From NCBI GenBank assembly GCA_027031765.1, contig JALVPN010000217.1, positions 27,719-59,718 on the forward strand: DNA of 32,000 bases, written 5' to 3'. Made by a program: the position numbers and the translations under genes. This stretch comes from Promethearchaeota archaeon. GTDB taxonomy: Archaea; Asgardarchaeota; Thorarchaeia; Thorarchaeales; Thorarchaeaceae. The notes under the pieces are model-generated. The model saw only the letters and a program-made list of their open reading frames with translations. It made no database searches and was not told the DNA's origin. Of this stretch, positions 8,601-17,400 are shown piece by piece (within the stretch, counting starts at the first letter, position 1; each line of letters opens with the position of its first letter).

Positions 8601-9494
8601 ATGAAGGTCAATGGTGTACCCATAGAGGACACATTTGCAGAAGCATTCTCGATGCATATGAACAGGACACTGATAACAGCCTGGGATGCCGAGTGGGCAC
8701 GCATCACCGCACTGGAGGCCACTGGGTTTGCCACTTCGGTCATCATGGCCCCCGCTGAGGCAGGGATTGAGTGCACGGTCAGAGCAGAAGATACACCAGA
8801 CGGTAGACCGGGGATCCGGGTAATCTTTGCTACCGCAAGGAAGCAAGACCTCAAGGAGCAATTGCTTGCCCGCATAGGCCAGTGTGTCCTCACAAGTCCC
8901 ACTGCCTGTGCATACGATGCGACACCAAGTCCGAAAGAGACATATCCTATTGGTAAGCAACTGGCACTCTTTGGGGACGGGTACCAAGTGAAGAAGGGGC
9001 CCATTGGGGGGAGGGTTCTCTGGCTGATACCAAGGATGAGTGGGACGTTTGTTGTCCAGGAGTCATTTGGCCGTACCAAAGGAGTAGCCGGCGGGAACAT
9101 GATCTACTTCTGTGAGAGTGTGGAGTCGGGGATGCAGAGTGGGCGGGCTGCAGTTGCACGCATAGAGGAAGTCGAGGGGGCCTATACGCCGTTCCCCGGA
9201 GGACTCGTGGGTGCCGGCTCGAAGCCCGGCTCGCGGTACAAGGCACTCCGTGCATCTACGAACGAGTACTTCTGTCCGACAATCCGTGCGCTTGTTGATG
9301 GGACACATGTCCCGACCAACTGTGAGTTCGTAATGGAGATTGTCATCAACGGGCTGGACGAGCATGCAGTGGCAGATGCGATGCGTGTTGCAATAGAAGA
9401 AGTATGCAGACACCACGGAGTCCTTGGCGTGACAGCAGGGAATTTCGGGGGCAAGCTCGGGAAGTACAAAATCCACCTCCATGACCTCTTCTAG
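8601..9494 (+). CDS. ftr: Formylmethanofuran:H4MPT formyltransferase
   Basis: MKVNGVPIEDTFAEAF, TGFATSVIMAPAEAG, RIGQCVLT, GVAGGN, AGNFGGKLG. Alternative upstream start at 8574. Confidence 0.96.
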   Translation: MKVNGVPIEDTFAEAFSMHMNRTLITAWDAEWARITALEATGFATSVIMAPAEAGIECTVRAEDTPDGRPGIRVIFATARKQDLKEQLLARIGQCVLTSPTACAYDATPSPKETYPIGKQLALFGDGYQVKKGPIGGRVLWLIPRMSGTFVVQESFGRTKGVAGGNMIYFCESVESGMQSGRAAVARIEEVEGAYTPFPGGLVGAGSKPGSRYKALRASTNEYFCPTIRALVDGTHVPTNCEFVMEIVINGLDEHAVADAMRVAIEEVCRHHGVLGVTAGNFGGKLGKYKIHLHDLF

Positions 9495-9669
9495 CACAGG
9501 ACACCGGGAGCCGCCCCGACGTTGGACAGCACCGCTAGCACCTTGGCTGCTACGACGAGGTGGGACTGGGGGCCATACGTGGCATATTGGACCCATCACG
9601 ACCCGGATGACCATGGTCAGACGGCCGAGTAGAAATCTTTATCTCCAACTTTTCGGCGGGTAGCCTCAG

Positions 9670-9777
9670 GCCCCAGTAGCTCAGACAGGTTAGATCGCCT
9701 CCTTGGTAAGGAGGAAGATGCGACCTGATTTCCAGATTGCAGCCGAATCGCGGGTTCAAATCCCGCCTGGGGCTCCA
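9670..9777 (+). tRNA. tRNA-Thr(GGU) with encoded CCA and a 30-nt non-canonical intron (about 9718-9747) in the variable loop
   Basis: Acceptor GCCCCAG/CTGGGGC, anticodon arm CCTCC-TTGGTAA-GGAGG, T arm GCGGG-TTCAAAT-CCCGC, U73. The 35-nt variable region reduces to AAGTC after intron removal. One D-stem mismatch (C11.U24). TATA-like CTTTATCT upstream. Confidence 0.92.
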
Positions 9778-9821
9778 TTTCAGCCCTATTCTTGTCTTGG
9801 ACAGGACACCGCATTATGGGA

Positions 9822-10058
9822 CTAGTGTTCCTGTTGTGCCCCACGTCGGCGACGCGACCGGCGACGCGCATCAGCCAGCAGTCTGTGTGCCTCCGCGGGC
9901 CCGAGTTCCTTTGACAGCCGTGAGAGGGCCTCTTCCTCATCGAACTCATCGAGCAGCCGGTCGACCTCGCGCTGCAGCTCAGGCGACAGGTCACGGGCGA
10001 GTTTCCTCATCCGCCCTCTGCGGCCTAGGCCAAAGTCATCAGGGCCTAACAGACTCAA
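9822..10058 (-). CDS. Small hypothetical helical protein (78 aa)
   Basis: TTG start preceded by GAGGTGAT SD. Protein-like charged amphipathic composition. Fills an otherwise empty gap. Confidence 0.65.
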   Translation of the reverse strand: MSLLGPDDFGLGRRGRMRKLARDLSPELQREVDRLLDEFDEEEALSRLSKELGPAEAHRLLADARRRSRRRRGAQQEH

Positions 10059-10264
10059 CTATGATCACCTCAACACCACACTATATGGTGGCTCTGCGCT
10101 TATAAGGTTCGGCAGGGGCAATGTGGGGCAATAGGCCAGTGGCGAGCAGCCAGGTCCATCTGGTTGAAGCAGGTCCAAGCACCGACAGGGGTAGTGGATG
10201 CAGACTGGTCGGGTGGTGAGACCACATCGATTCCTTTAACCGGCCACAAGAGTACTGTGAGTAC

Positions 10265-11860
10265 ATGGCACACCCCGAGTACGAACTCTACCGTACAATA
10301 ATCGAAGAAATCCTGTCTGCAGGGAGTGGACTTGACAGGCATTCGGTCAACCGGATCAAGAACAGGGTCTGTGCACGACTCGGGGTCGAGAAAGTGCCGT
10401 CCAATGCAGACATAATGACCGCTGCAGTCCCCGAAGAGCTTGAGGTCTTGCAACCATTGTTGGTAAAGAGGCCTGTGAGGACTGCATCTGGTGTGGCGGT
10501 TGTTGCAGTCATGACTGCACCCCAGAAGTGCCCACACGGGAGATGTGTCTACTGTCCGGGGGGGCCGGAAGAGGGTGTGCCACAGAGTTACACGGGCTAC
10601 GAGCCAGCAGCAATGCGTGGGCTGGAACACGACTTCGACCCATATCTCCAAGTGTCAAACAGGCTCCATCAGTTGAGGACACTGGGGCATTCGGTTCAGA
10701 AAGTGGAACTCATCGTAATGGGTGGGGACTGGTGTTCGAAGGAACGGGACTACAGGGTGGCATTTGTCAAGGGATGCCTAGACGCACTGAACGGGAGCAC
10801 GAGCACCACAGTGGCCGAGGCCATCCGCACGAACGAAACAGCACCTGTACGGAACGTCGGGATGACGTTCGAGACCCGCCCCGACTATGTCACACCTGAC
10901 AGCATTGATGAGATGCTAGAGCTGGGTGCCACCCGTGTAGAGCTTGGTGTACAGTCACTATCAGACGAAATCCTTGAGACAATGAAGAGGGGTCATGGTG
11001 TTGATGCAACCGTTAGTGCAATCAAGCTGCTCCGGGACAGTGGGCTCAAGGTGTGCCTACACATGATGCCTGGACTGCCAGGTAGCAGCCCAGAGCGAGA
11101 CCTTGAGGACTTTGACACGTTGTTCAGAGACCCGCGGTTCAGGCCCGACATGCTGAAGATATACCCGACTGTTGTCATTGAGGGCACAGAACTATACGAG
11201 TGGTGGAAGTCTGGGAGGTATGTACCATATACGACCGACGAGATAGTGGAGCTGGTCGGTACAGCAGTGAGTAGGATGCCAGAGTACGTACGGATCCAGC
11301 GGATGCAACGTGACATCCCGCTACACCGGATTGAGGCGGGACTGGACAAGGGGAACCTGAGAGAACTGGTGCAGCAGTGGATGCAACAGCGGGGACTGCG
11401 AAACCCGACTATAAGATACAGGGAGGTCGGCCACTTCAGGATGCGGTCGGACGAGCCACTGGACGAGGAGAGGATACGGCTGGTCCGTCGCGACTACGAG
11501 GCTGCTGATGGAAGAGAGGTATTCCTGTCATTCGAGGACCCAGAGCTGGATGTCCTGTTTGCGTTCCTGCGACTGAGGTGGCCGAGCGAGGACGCGCACA
11601 GACGAGAGATACGACAAGTGCCGTGTATGGTCATCAGGGAGCTCCGGGTATATGGGCCAGCTGTCAACCTTGGTGAGAGAAGAGATGGGGCGTGGCAGCA
11701 TACTGGCATGGGAGAAAGACTACTCGAAGCTGCTGAGGAGATTGCTGGTAGCGCGGGGGCCTCAAGGGTGCTTGTCAATAGCGGCATAGGAGTACGCGAG
11801 TACTACCGGAAACACGGGTATGTTAGCATCGGGCCCTATCTAGCAAAAGACATTGGCTGA
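10265..11860 (+). CDS. elp3: tRNA uridine(34) acetyltransferase Elp3 (radical SAM + KAT)
   Basis: RTASGVAVVAVMT, CPHGRCVYCPGG, ETRPD, ELGVQS, KIYPT, RELRVYG, WQHTGMG. Confidence 0.96.
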   Translation: MAHPEYELYRTIIEEILSAGSGLDRHSVNRIKNRVCARLGVEKVPSNADIMTAAVPEELEVLQPLLVKRPVRTASGVAVVAVMTAPQKCPHGRCVYCPGGPEEGVPQSYTGYEPAAMRGLEHDFDPYLQVSNRLHQLRTLGHSVQKVELIVMGGDWCSKERDYRVAFVKGCLDALNGSTSTTVAEAIRTNETAPVRNVGMTFETRPDYVTPDSIDEMLELGATRVELGVQSLSDEILETMKRGHGVDATVSAIKLLRDSGLKVCLHMMPGLPGSSPERDLEDFDTLFRDPRFRPDMLKIYPTVVIEGTELYEWWKSGRYVPYTTDEIVELVGTAVSRMPEYVRIQRMQRDIPLHRIEAGLDKGNLRELVQQWMQQRGLRNPTIRYREVGHFRMRSDEPLDEERIRLVRRDYEAADGREVFLSFEDPELDVLFAFLRLRWPSEDAHRREIRQVPCMVIRELRVYGPAVNLGERRDGAWQHTGMGERLLEAAEEIAGSAGASRVLVNSGIGVREYYRKHGYVSIGPYLAKDIG

Positions 11861-11874
11861 CCCCCATCCACAGA

Positions 11875-11963
11875 TGGCGCCGAGGGGGAGATTTGAACTC
11901 CCGAGTGCGAACGCACACTGGTTTTCAAGACCAGCGCCGTGGTCCGGGCTTGGCTACCTCGGC
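11875..11963 (-). tRNA. tRNA-Ser(UGA) with encoded CCA, no intron
   Basis: Reverse complement gives acceptor GCCGAGG/CCTCGGC, G73, anticodon arm CTGGT-CTTGAAA-ACCAG, a long variable arm and T arm GGGAG-TTCAAAT-CTCCC. Confidence 0.96.
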
Positions 11964-12068
11964 GGTCATCAGTAGGATGTGCCAGTCAGGGTAGAGGCGT
12001 CGCAAACGCCTTTTAAGCTTCGTGGAGGGTAGGTCCTGCTCAGAGAAGACAATGCGAGGAAAGATACG

Positions 12069-12530
12069 ATGTCAGGACTGGACAATGGCAGCAGAGCTCA
12101 GGACCGGGGTTTTAGGTATCACGAACACACAGCCGACATAACAATAGAGTGTTGGGGGCCAACAATGGAGGCTGCATTCGAACAGGCGGCCGTGGCAACA
12201 TTCGAAGTGATTGTGGACACGTCGACTGTGGAGGCAATTGACATGGAGGAAATCCGGGTCGAGGGGATAGACCTTGAGGAGTTGCTCGTTGAGTGGGTGG
12301 GACAACTGATAGCACTTATAGACCTCACAGAGAGGTTCTATTCAAGGTTCGAGGTCACACGCATTGCTGAGGAGGACGGGAGGATGGGACTGGTCGGGCG
12401 GGCATGGGGCGAGACGATAGACCTCTCACGTCACGATGTGAGGACTGAGGTCAAGGCGATGACCTATGCGGACATGAGCATCAAGGAGGAAGGGGAACTC
12501 GTACGACTGAGGTTCACGCTGGACCTCTAG
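12069..12530 (+). CDS. Archease (RtcB tRNA ligase cofactor)
   Basis: FRYHEHTADI, EVKAMTY, C-terminal FTLDL. Confidence 0.93.
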   Translation: MSGLDNGSRAQDRGFRYHEHTADITIECWGPTMEAAFEQAAVATFEVIVDTSTVEAIDMEEIRVEGIDLEELLVEWVGQLIALIDLTERFYSRFEVTRIAEEDGRMGLVGRAWGETIDLSRHDVRTEVKAMTYADMSIKEEGELVRLRFTLDL

Positions 12531-12549
12531 TGCCGAGGAGACGAGGGGC

Positions 12550-13407
12550 ATGCCACTGACTGTTGCAATCCCTGACTCGTCCCTGGTCGACTGCAATGGT
12601 CTGAGAGAGAAGACCGTAAGAGCAGGGCAGTTTGCGAGGGCCTTTGCCGTGTTCCGTGTCGAGCGTGTCGTAGTATATGGCACCAAAGAGATGAGGGGTG
12701 GGCAGTCAAGGGACAGGGATCTGCTCGTCAGACTGTTGCAGTACATGGACACGCCCCAGTACTTGCGACGACACGTATTCGCCCGGACACCTTCACTCAA
12801 GTATGCAGGCCTCTTGCCGCCACTGCGCACCCGGAGCCACCCCCTTGCAGCCAGAGTGGCAGACCTGCGCCCCGGGGACACCCGGTGGGGGATGCTGGTC
12901 GGGAGCAACACTGTTGACCTTGGCCTAGACGAAAAAGTGAGATACTCTGGAACCATTGACAGACACACCCCGCAGCTCTTCAGGGTCGTAAGAACAGAGC
13001 CCATGGTGGAGATAGAAGCAGTCAGTAGGGGGGAGGTGGACGTATACTGGGGTTTCGAAACGGACACCATACAGGACTTGCCGGCACTGCTCAAGAGCCA
13101 CCGAGAACACACTGTGATTGTCTTCTCCAGGAGGGGGACAGTCTTCAACAGTCTGCGCGACAAGATCATAGCATCAATAAGTCACGAGAACAATGTGCTT
13201 GCAGTCTTTGGGGGGCCGAAACGCGGAGTGCACGAACTTGTGGGGTCGGGACACCCCAGCATGGAACAGGTCGGCTACTGGGTCAACAGTGTAGTTGGAC
13301 AGGGAACGGAAACTGTCCGGCTGGAGGAGGCCATATTGATAGGTCTGGGGTTGCTCAATGATGCTGCGGGGCACCTGTATGCCAGACCGGGCTACTATGA
13401 TGCCTGA
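12550..13407 (+). CDS. SPOUT-class RNA methyltransferase (COG2106/MTH1-like)
   Basis: LTVAIPDS, YMDTPQYLR, LKYAGLLPPLRT, VFGGP, QGTETVRLEEA. Confidence 0.9.
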   Translation: MPLTVAIPDSSLVDCNGLREKTVRAGQFARAFAVFRVERVVVYGTKEMRGGQSRDRDLLVRLLQYMDTPQYLRRHVFARTPSLKYAGLLPPLRTRSHPLAARVADLRPGDTRWGMLVGSNTVDLGLDEKVRYSGTIDRHTPQLFRVVRTEPMVEIEAVSRGEVDVYWGFETDTIQDLPALLKSHREHTVIVFSRRGTVFNSLRDKIIASISHENNVLAVFGGPKRGVHELVGSGHPSMEQVGYWVNSVVGQGTETVRLEEAILIGLGLLNDAAGHLYARPGYYDA

Positions 13408-13462
13408 CGGGCATCTGACGCCCCATACCGACATCTTAAGAAAAGTGGTCTGCAGTGGCCAC

Positions 13463-14377
13463 ATGAGCCCAATGTCCCCGACACCACCACCAGACCTGCT
13501 ACGCGCTGGACAGATTGCAGCCCATGTCAGGGACGCCGTTGAACGGAGGGTGCGCCCGGGAGTAAAGGTCATCGACATATGTACGTTTGTGGAGAAGGAG
13601 ATTGTGCATCTTGGTGCGCGCCCGGCGTTCCCCTGCAATGTTTCCATCAACAGTATTGCAGCCCACTACACGTCTCCTCACAACGATGAGCAGACCGTCC
13701 CAGAGACCGGCCTCGTCAAGGTCGACCTTGGTGCCAATGTCAATGGATACCTATCGGACACAGCCGTCACCATTGACCTTGACGACTCTCACAGACAGTT
13801 TGTTGATGCGGTCAACTCAGCACTCCAAGATGCAATCAGGGAGGTACGACCGGGTGTCAGACTGGGCCATGTCGGGGCGGTGATTGAGAGGACGATACGG
13901 ACAAGAGGGCTCAGGCCAGTCCACCAGCTCACAGGGCACCAGATGACACGTTGGACGCTGCATGCAGGGAAGACGGTTCCCAATGTACGGACACGCACGA
14001 CTGGGAAGATGCATGCAGGCGAAGTGTATGCAATCGAGCCCTTTGCAACAGACGGGAGCGGTACAATCAGGGCAGCTACGGCCAGTTACATCTTTTCCAC
14101 CACGATGCCGTTCAAGAAACAACTCGACCCCCTATCAGAAGAGGTGTACGAGAGGACACAGGGCCAGTACAGGTCACTCCCATGGGCCTCAAGGTGGCTC
14201 TATGAGGGTGGTGCCAAGCGGGACTATGATGCTGCACTGCGGAGGCTCATCCGCGCAGGGGCCATCAGGGGGTACCCGGTCCTGCTGGAGGGGCGGGGAC
14301 GGCTTGTGTCACAGGCTGAACACACAATCATCGTGGATACCGATGGGGCCATCGTCACAACACTGGGGGGGACGTGA
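13463..14377 (+). CDS. map: Type II methionine aminopeptidase
   Basis: AFPCNVSIN, AAHYT, DLG, DTA, LTGH, AIEPF and AEHT metal ligands. Start uncertain (13400-13472). Confidence 0.94.
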   Translation: MSPMSPTPPPDLLRAGQIAAHVRDAVERRVRPGVKVIDICTFVEKEIVHLGARPAFPCNVSINSIAAHYTSPHNDEQTVPETGLVKVDLGANVNGYLSDTAVTIDLDDSHRQFVDAVNSALQDAIREVRPGVRLGHVGAVIERTIRTRGLRPVHQLTGHQMTRWTLHAGKTVPNVRTRTTGKMHAGEVYAIEPFATDGSGTIRAATASYIFSTTMPFKKQLDPLSEEVYERTQGQYRSLPWASRWLYEGGAKRDYDAALRRLIRAGAIRGYPVLLEGRGRLVSQAEHTIIVDTDGAIVTTLGGT

Positions 14378-14499
14378 TGTTACTGGTGGAGAGGGCATGG
14401 TAAGACAGTCGGTGGACTGGGGGACTACAACGACTGCTCAGACATCCAAAAGATAGAAGAGATGGATGATGAGAGAGTGTGTTGTGGGAGATGGTGACA

Positions 14500-15174
14500 A
14501 TGCAGATAACGTACCTTGGTCATGCAGCATTCAAGATAGAGGCCGACGGAAAGGTAGTCCTGATAGACCCGTGGCTTGAGGGGCCCACATCCCCTGTGAA
14601 GACCCAAGACATTGGACATGCTGATATTGTGCTCGTGACGCACGACCATGGTGACCATGGTTATGCGGAAGGCGTGGAGATATGCAAAAGGACCGGTGCG
14701 TTCTTCATTGCAATCAACGAACTCGGCATCCAGGCGCACGAACAGGGTGTGGAGCATGTACACACCCTGAACATTGGCGGGGGGGTCACGGTCGACGGGG
14801 TAACGGTGACGCTTGTACAGGCGCTACACTCATGCTCGAAAGGGGCACCGACCGGGTTTGTGATACAGTTCCCGAGTGGCACAGTGTACCACGCAGGAGA
14901 TACGGGCATTTTCTCCAGCATGGAAACAATTGGTGAGCTGTACTCACCAGATGTGGCGCTGCTCCCGATTGGGGGCTACTACACAATGGGCGTCAGAGAA
15001 GCAGTAATGGCAGTCAGACTGATCCGCCCGCGATACGTAATACCGATGCACTACAACACCTTTCCCGTGATAGAGGCAGACCCACAGGAGTTCAAGAACC
15101 TAGTGGCCCAGCAGGCTCCAGAAACGAGAGTAGAAGTTGTCGCCCCGGGCGGGACTGTCGAACTCGAACTGTAG
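14500..15174 (+). CDS. Metallo-beta-lactamase-fold hydrolase (UPF0173-like)
   Basis: ITYLGHA, THDHGDH, YHAGDT, LLPIGG, PMHYNTF. Confidence 0.92.
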   Translation: MQITYLGHAAFKIEADGKVVLIDPWLEGPTSPVKTQDIGHADIVLVTHDHGDHGYAEGVEICKRTGAFFIAINELGIQAHEQGVEHVHTLNIGGGVTVDGVTVTLVQALHSCSKGAPTGFVIQFPSGTVYHAGDTGIFSSMETIGELYSPDVALLPIGGYYTMGVREAVMAVRLIRPRYVIPMHYNTFPVIEADPQEFKNLVAQQAPETRVEVVAPGGTVELEL

Positions 15175-15321
15175 TTGATGGTGGCCGACACCTGTACCCC
15201 AACACACTAACTCCCGACATCATGGCATCAGAGGTTTCCTCTGGCTCCGTCGAGCTGTCTCGTGGCGGGAAACGCGGTGCCGGCCTACCTGCCAATGTAC
15301 GAGCCGGTGGTGACCCGCATG

Positions 15322-15609
15322 TCATCTGTGAGAGTCCTCTCCCATCAACCGGGTCCGTTGCGGCTCGCCCATCGAGTACTTGGCAGGCCGTGCCCGGGCT
15401 GTTTCCCGCACCTTGCACCACGCCTCATCGAACGACTCCGCGCGCCCTCGAATGCGGGAGGCTGTCGCCCAGACGGGAGAGCAGTTCGCCCGTGTCAATA
15501 TTAGGGTTGCGAAGGCGGGCACTAGGAGAACAGCGGGGCAGCACAATACACCACGTGGACACACCACAGCGGGACTTGGCGGCAGGGACGCATCAGCAGT
15601 TATGGACAC
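15322..15609 (-). pseudogene. Possible degenerate DUF1922 (MTH1184-like) zinc-ribbon gene
   Basis: RIRGRAESFDEAWCKVRE resembles the MTH1184 C-terminal motif as I recall it. The CxxC pairs are not intact in frame. By-eye similarity only. Confidence 0.25.
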
Positions 15610-15935
15610 CAGTGCAGAGGGTCGTCCATGTTGACAGCGACAGCTTCAAATAAGACTCCGTGATAGTCACATGTGGACTGCGGGGCCTGGTGGATGGCCC
15701 CGTTTACACTAATCACCATTCGGATGGCAGGATGCCACGGGGTCAAGTCCAGAGAGTTAGTCATTGGAGCACCCCGCGCAAGTTGCTGGACGATTACCGC
15801 TCACAGGATCATCACTCATCACATCACGTACTCACTCACGGGGACTGAAAGACACCACATAACTGGTCAGATGTGAAGAAGTCCGTAGAACTTCGCAGGA
15901 TGGGGACGGATCCAGACCGACCGGGCTAGGGCGCC

Positions 15936-17261
15936 GTGGCAGCCCGACCGAGTTCAAGGGAACAGGAGACGTGCATTGCAATCGGGAGCGATTTTGATTC
16001 GAGCACCGCCAAGTATGTCATACGAGCGCGGATTGATGTGGACGGCGTTGTGGACAAACCGGATGTGATTGGGGCAATCTTTGGTCAGACCGAGGGGCTC
16101 TTGGGTGAGGACCTCGACCTGCGGGAACTGCAGCGTACCGGAAGGATTGGGCGCATACAGATTGTGATAAAGTCTGAGGGGGGACACAGCAGGGGAGAGA
16201 TTGTAATCCCGGTATCCCTCAACAAGACGGCCACTGCAATCCTTGCTGCAGCCCTTGAGACCGTCGAGAGGGTGGGCCCCTGCACAGCAAAGATTAGCAT
16301 AGAGAAACTGGAAGACATAAGAGGAGCCAAAAGACGACGAGTCGTCAGCAGGGCAATAAGCATCCTCAAAGGATGGGAGGAAGAGGTCGCACCGGGCACC
16401 GAGGAGATCACAGCAGCTGTCACCATGGGCAAGAGGCGTCAGGTCGTGAAGTATGGACCAGACAGGCTGCCCGCAGGCCCCGGACTAGAAGACAGTGATG
16501 AGATAATAATTGTGGAAGGACGCGCGGATGTGGTGAACCTTCTCAAGAGCGGCATTGACAACACGGTCGCTGTAGAGGGGACACACATCCCAAAGTCAAT
16601 TGCCGACCTCACCAGGCAGGAAGGAAAGACTGTCATCGCCTTTCTAGACGGGGACCGCGGGGGAGACCTCATCCTCCGGGAGCTCATGCAGGTAGCAAAG
16701 ATAGACTACATAGCCCGTGCGCCCGAAGGGAAGGAAGTAGAGAACCTTACCAAGCGTGAGATTCTGAAGGCACTGCAGGCGAAGGTTCCAGCGGAGCAGG
16801 CACTGGCCATAGTGAGCGGGCGGAGGGCAGCCCATACCAAGCGTAAGCGTGGGGCACGCAAGACCAGCCAGACAAAGAAGGAAGAGGCAGCGGCAGAGGC
16901 CACGACTCGTGGCAGAGAGAAACCGACACGCCGGACGCGAGGAGGACGACGTGCCACTGCACGGCAGGTCAGTCCTGCGTACGTATCGCGGATTGACGAG
17001 GTGCGTGACACATTCCAAGCACTCCTACTCGATGAGAACGCACAGGACATAGTCAAGTGCAGCGTGTCGGAGCTTGCCAAGGTAATGGAGGAGGCGGACG
17101 ACGTGAGTGCTGTGGTGTTCGACGGAGTGATAACACAGCGCCTCGTCGACATCGCTGGCAAGAAACGAACCCGCCTCCTCATCGGTGCTGCTATGACTGA
17201 CATTGAAGACCGGCCGCCAGGACTTGAGATGTACACCTTTGACGAACTGGTTCCAGCCTAG
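15936..17261 (+). CDS. dnaG: Archaeal DnaG (TOPRIM; primase/exosome-associated)
   Basis: KYVIRA, VDKPDVIGAIFGQTEGLLG, LRELQRTGRIGRI, IIVEGRADV, DGDRGG, VFDGVITQRL. Confidence 0.96.
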   Translation: MAARPSSREQETCIAIGSDFDSSTAKYVIRARIDVDGVVDKPDVIGAIFGQTEGLLGEDLDLRELQRTGRIGRIQIVIKSEGGHSRGEIVIPVSLNKTATAILAAALETVERVGPCTAKISIEKLEDIRGAKRRRVVSRAISILKGWEEEVAPGTEEITAAVTMGKRRQVVKYGPDRLPAGPGLEDSDEIIIVEGRADVVNLLKSGIDNTVAVEGTHIPKSIADLTRQEGKTVIAFLDGDRGGDLILRELMQVAKIDYIARAPEGKEVENLTKREILKALQAKVPAEQALAIVSGRRAAHTKRKRGARKTSQTKKEEAAAEATTRGREKPTRRTRGGRRATARQVSPAYVSRIDEVRDTFQALLLDENAQDIVKCSVSELAKVMEEADDVSAVVFDGVITQRLVDIAGKKRTRLLIGAAMTDIEDRPPGLEMYTFDELVPA

Positions 17262-17400
17262 GACGGGGCGACCTGAAACCACCAGCAACACAGTACATTG
17301 GTACACTGGACTACCGCGCCCGGCCACCGATGCAGTGGTCGGGCCGTTTCACCTCTGTATTACTCACAGTTATCACAGACGACAGGGCACCAGGTGCAGG

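Noticed and set aside
9715-9749. Long variable arm indicating tRNA-Sec or an allo-tRNA
   Set aside because: Anticodon GGU, a standard 7/5 fold and BHB-like bulges favour an intron-containing tRNA-Thr.
10252-10264. Dyad GTACT-GTG-AGTAC before the elp3 start, loosely like the cdrS dyad
   Set aside because: Arms of 5 bp are expected by chance, and the sequence overlaps a possible ribosome-binding site.
15092-15540. Possible selenoprotein through read-through of a minus-strand TGA joining two open frames
   Set aside because: The joined peptide resembles no known selenoprotein family and no SECIS was recognised.
15175-15935. RNase P or SRP RNA (GAAGGCGGGC near 15510; GAGGAAAC on the minus strand near 15240)
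   Set aside because: The two RNase P P4 halves are on opposite strands or in the wrong order, and I found no SRP helix-8 motif.
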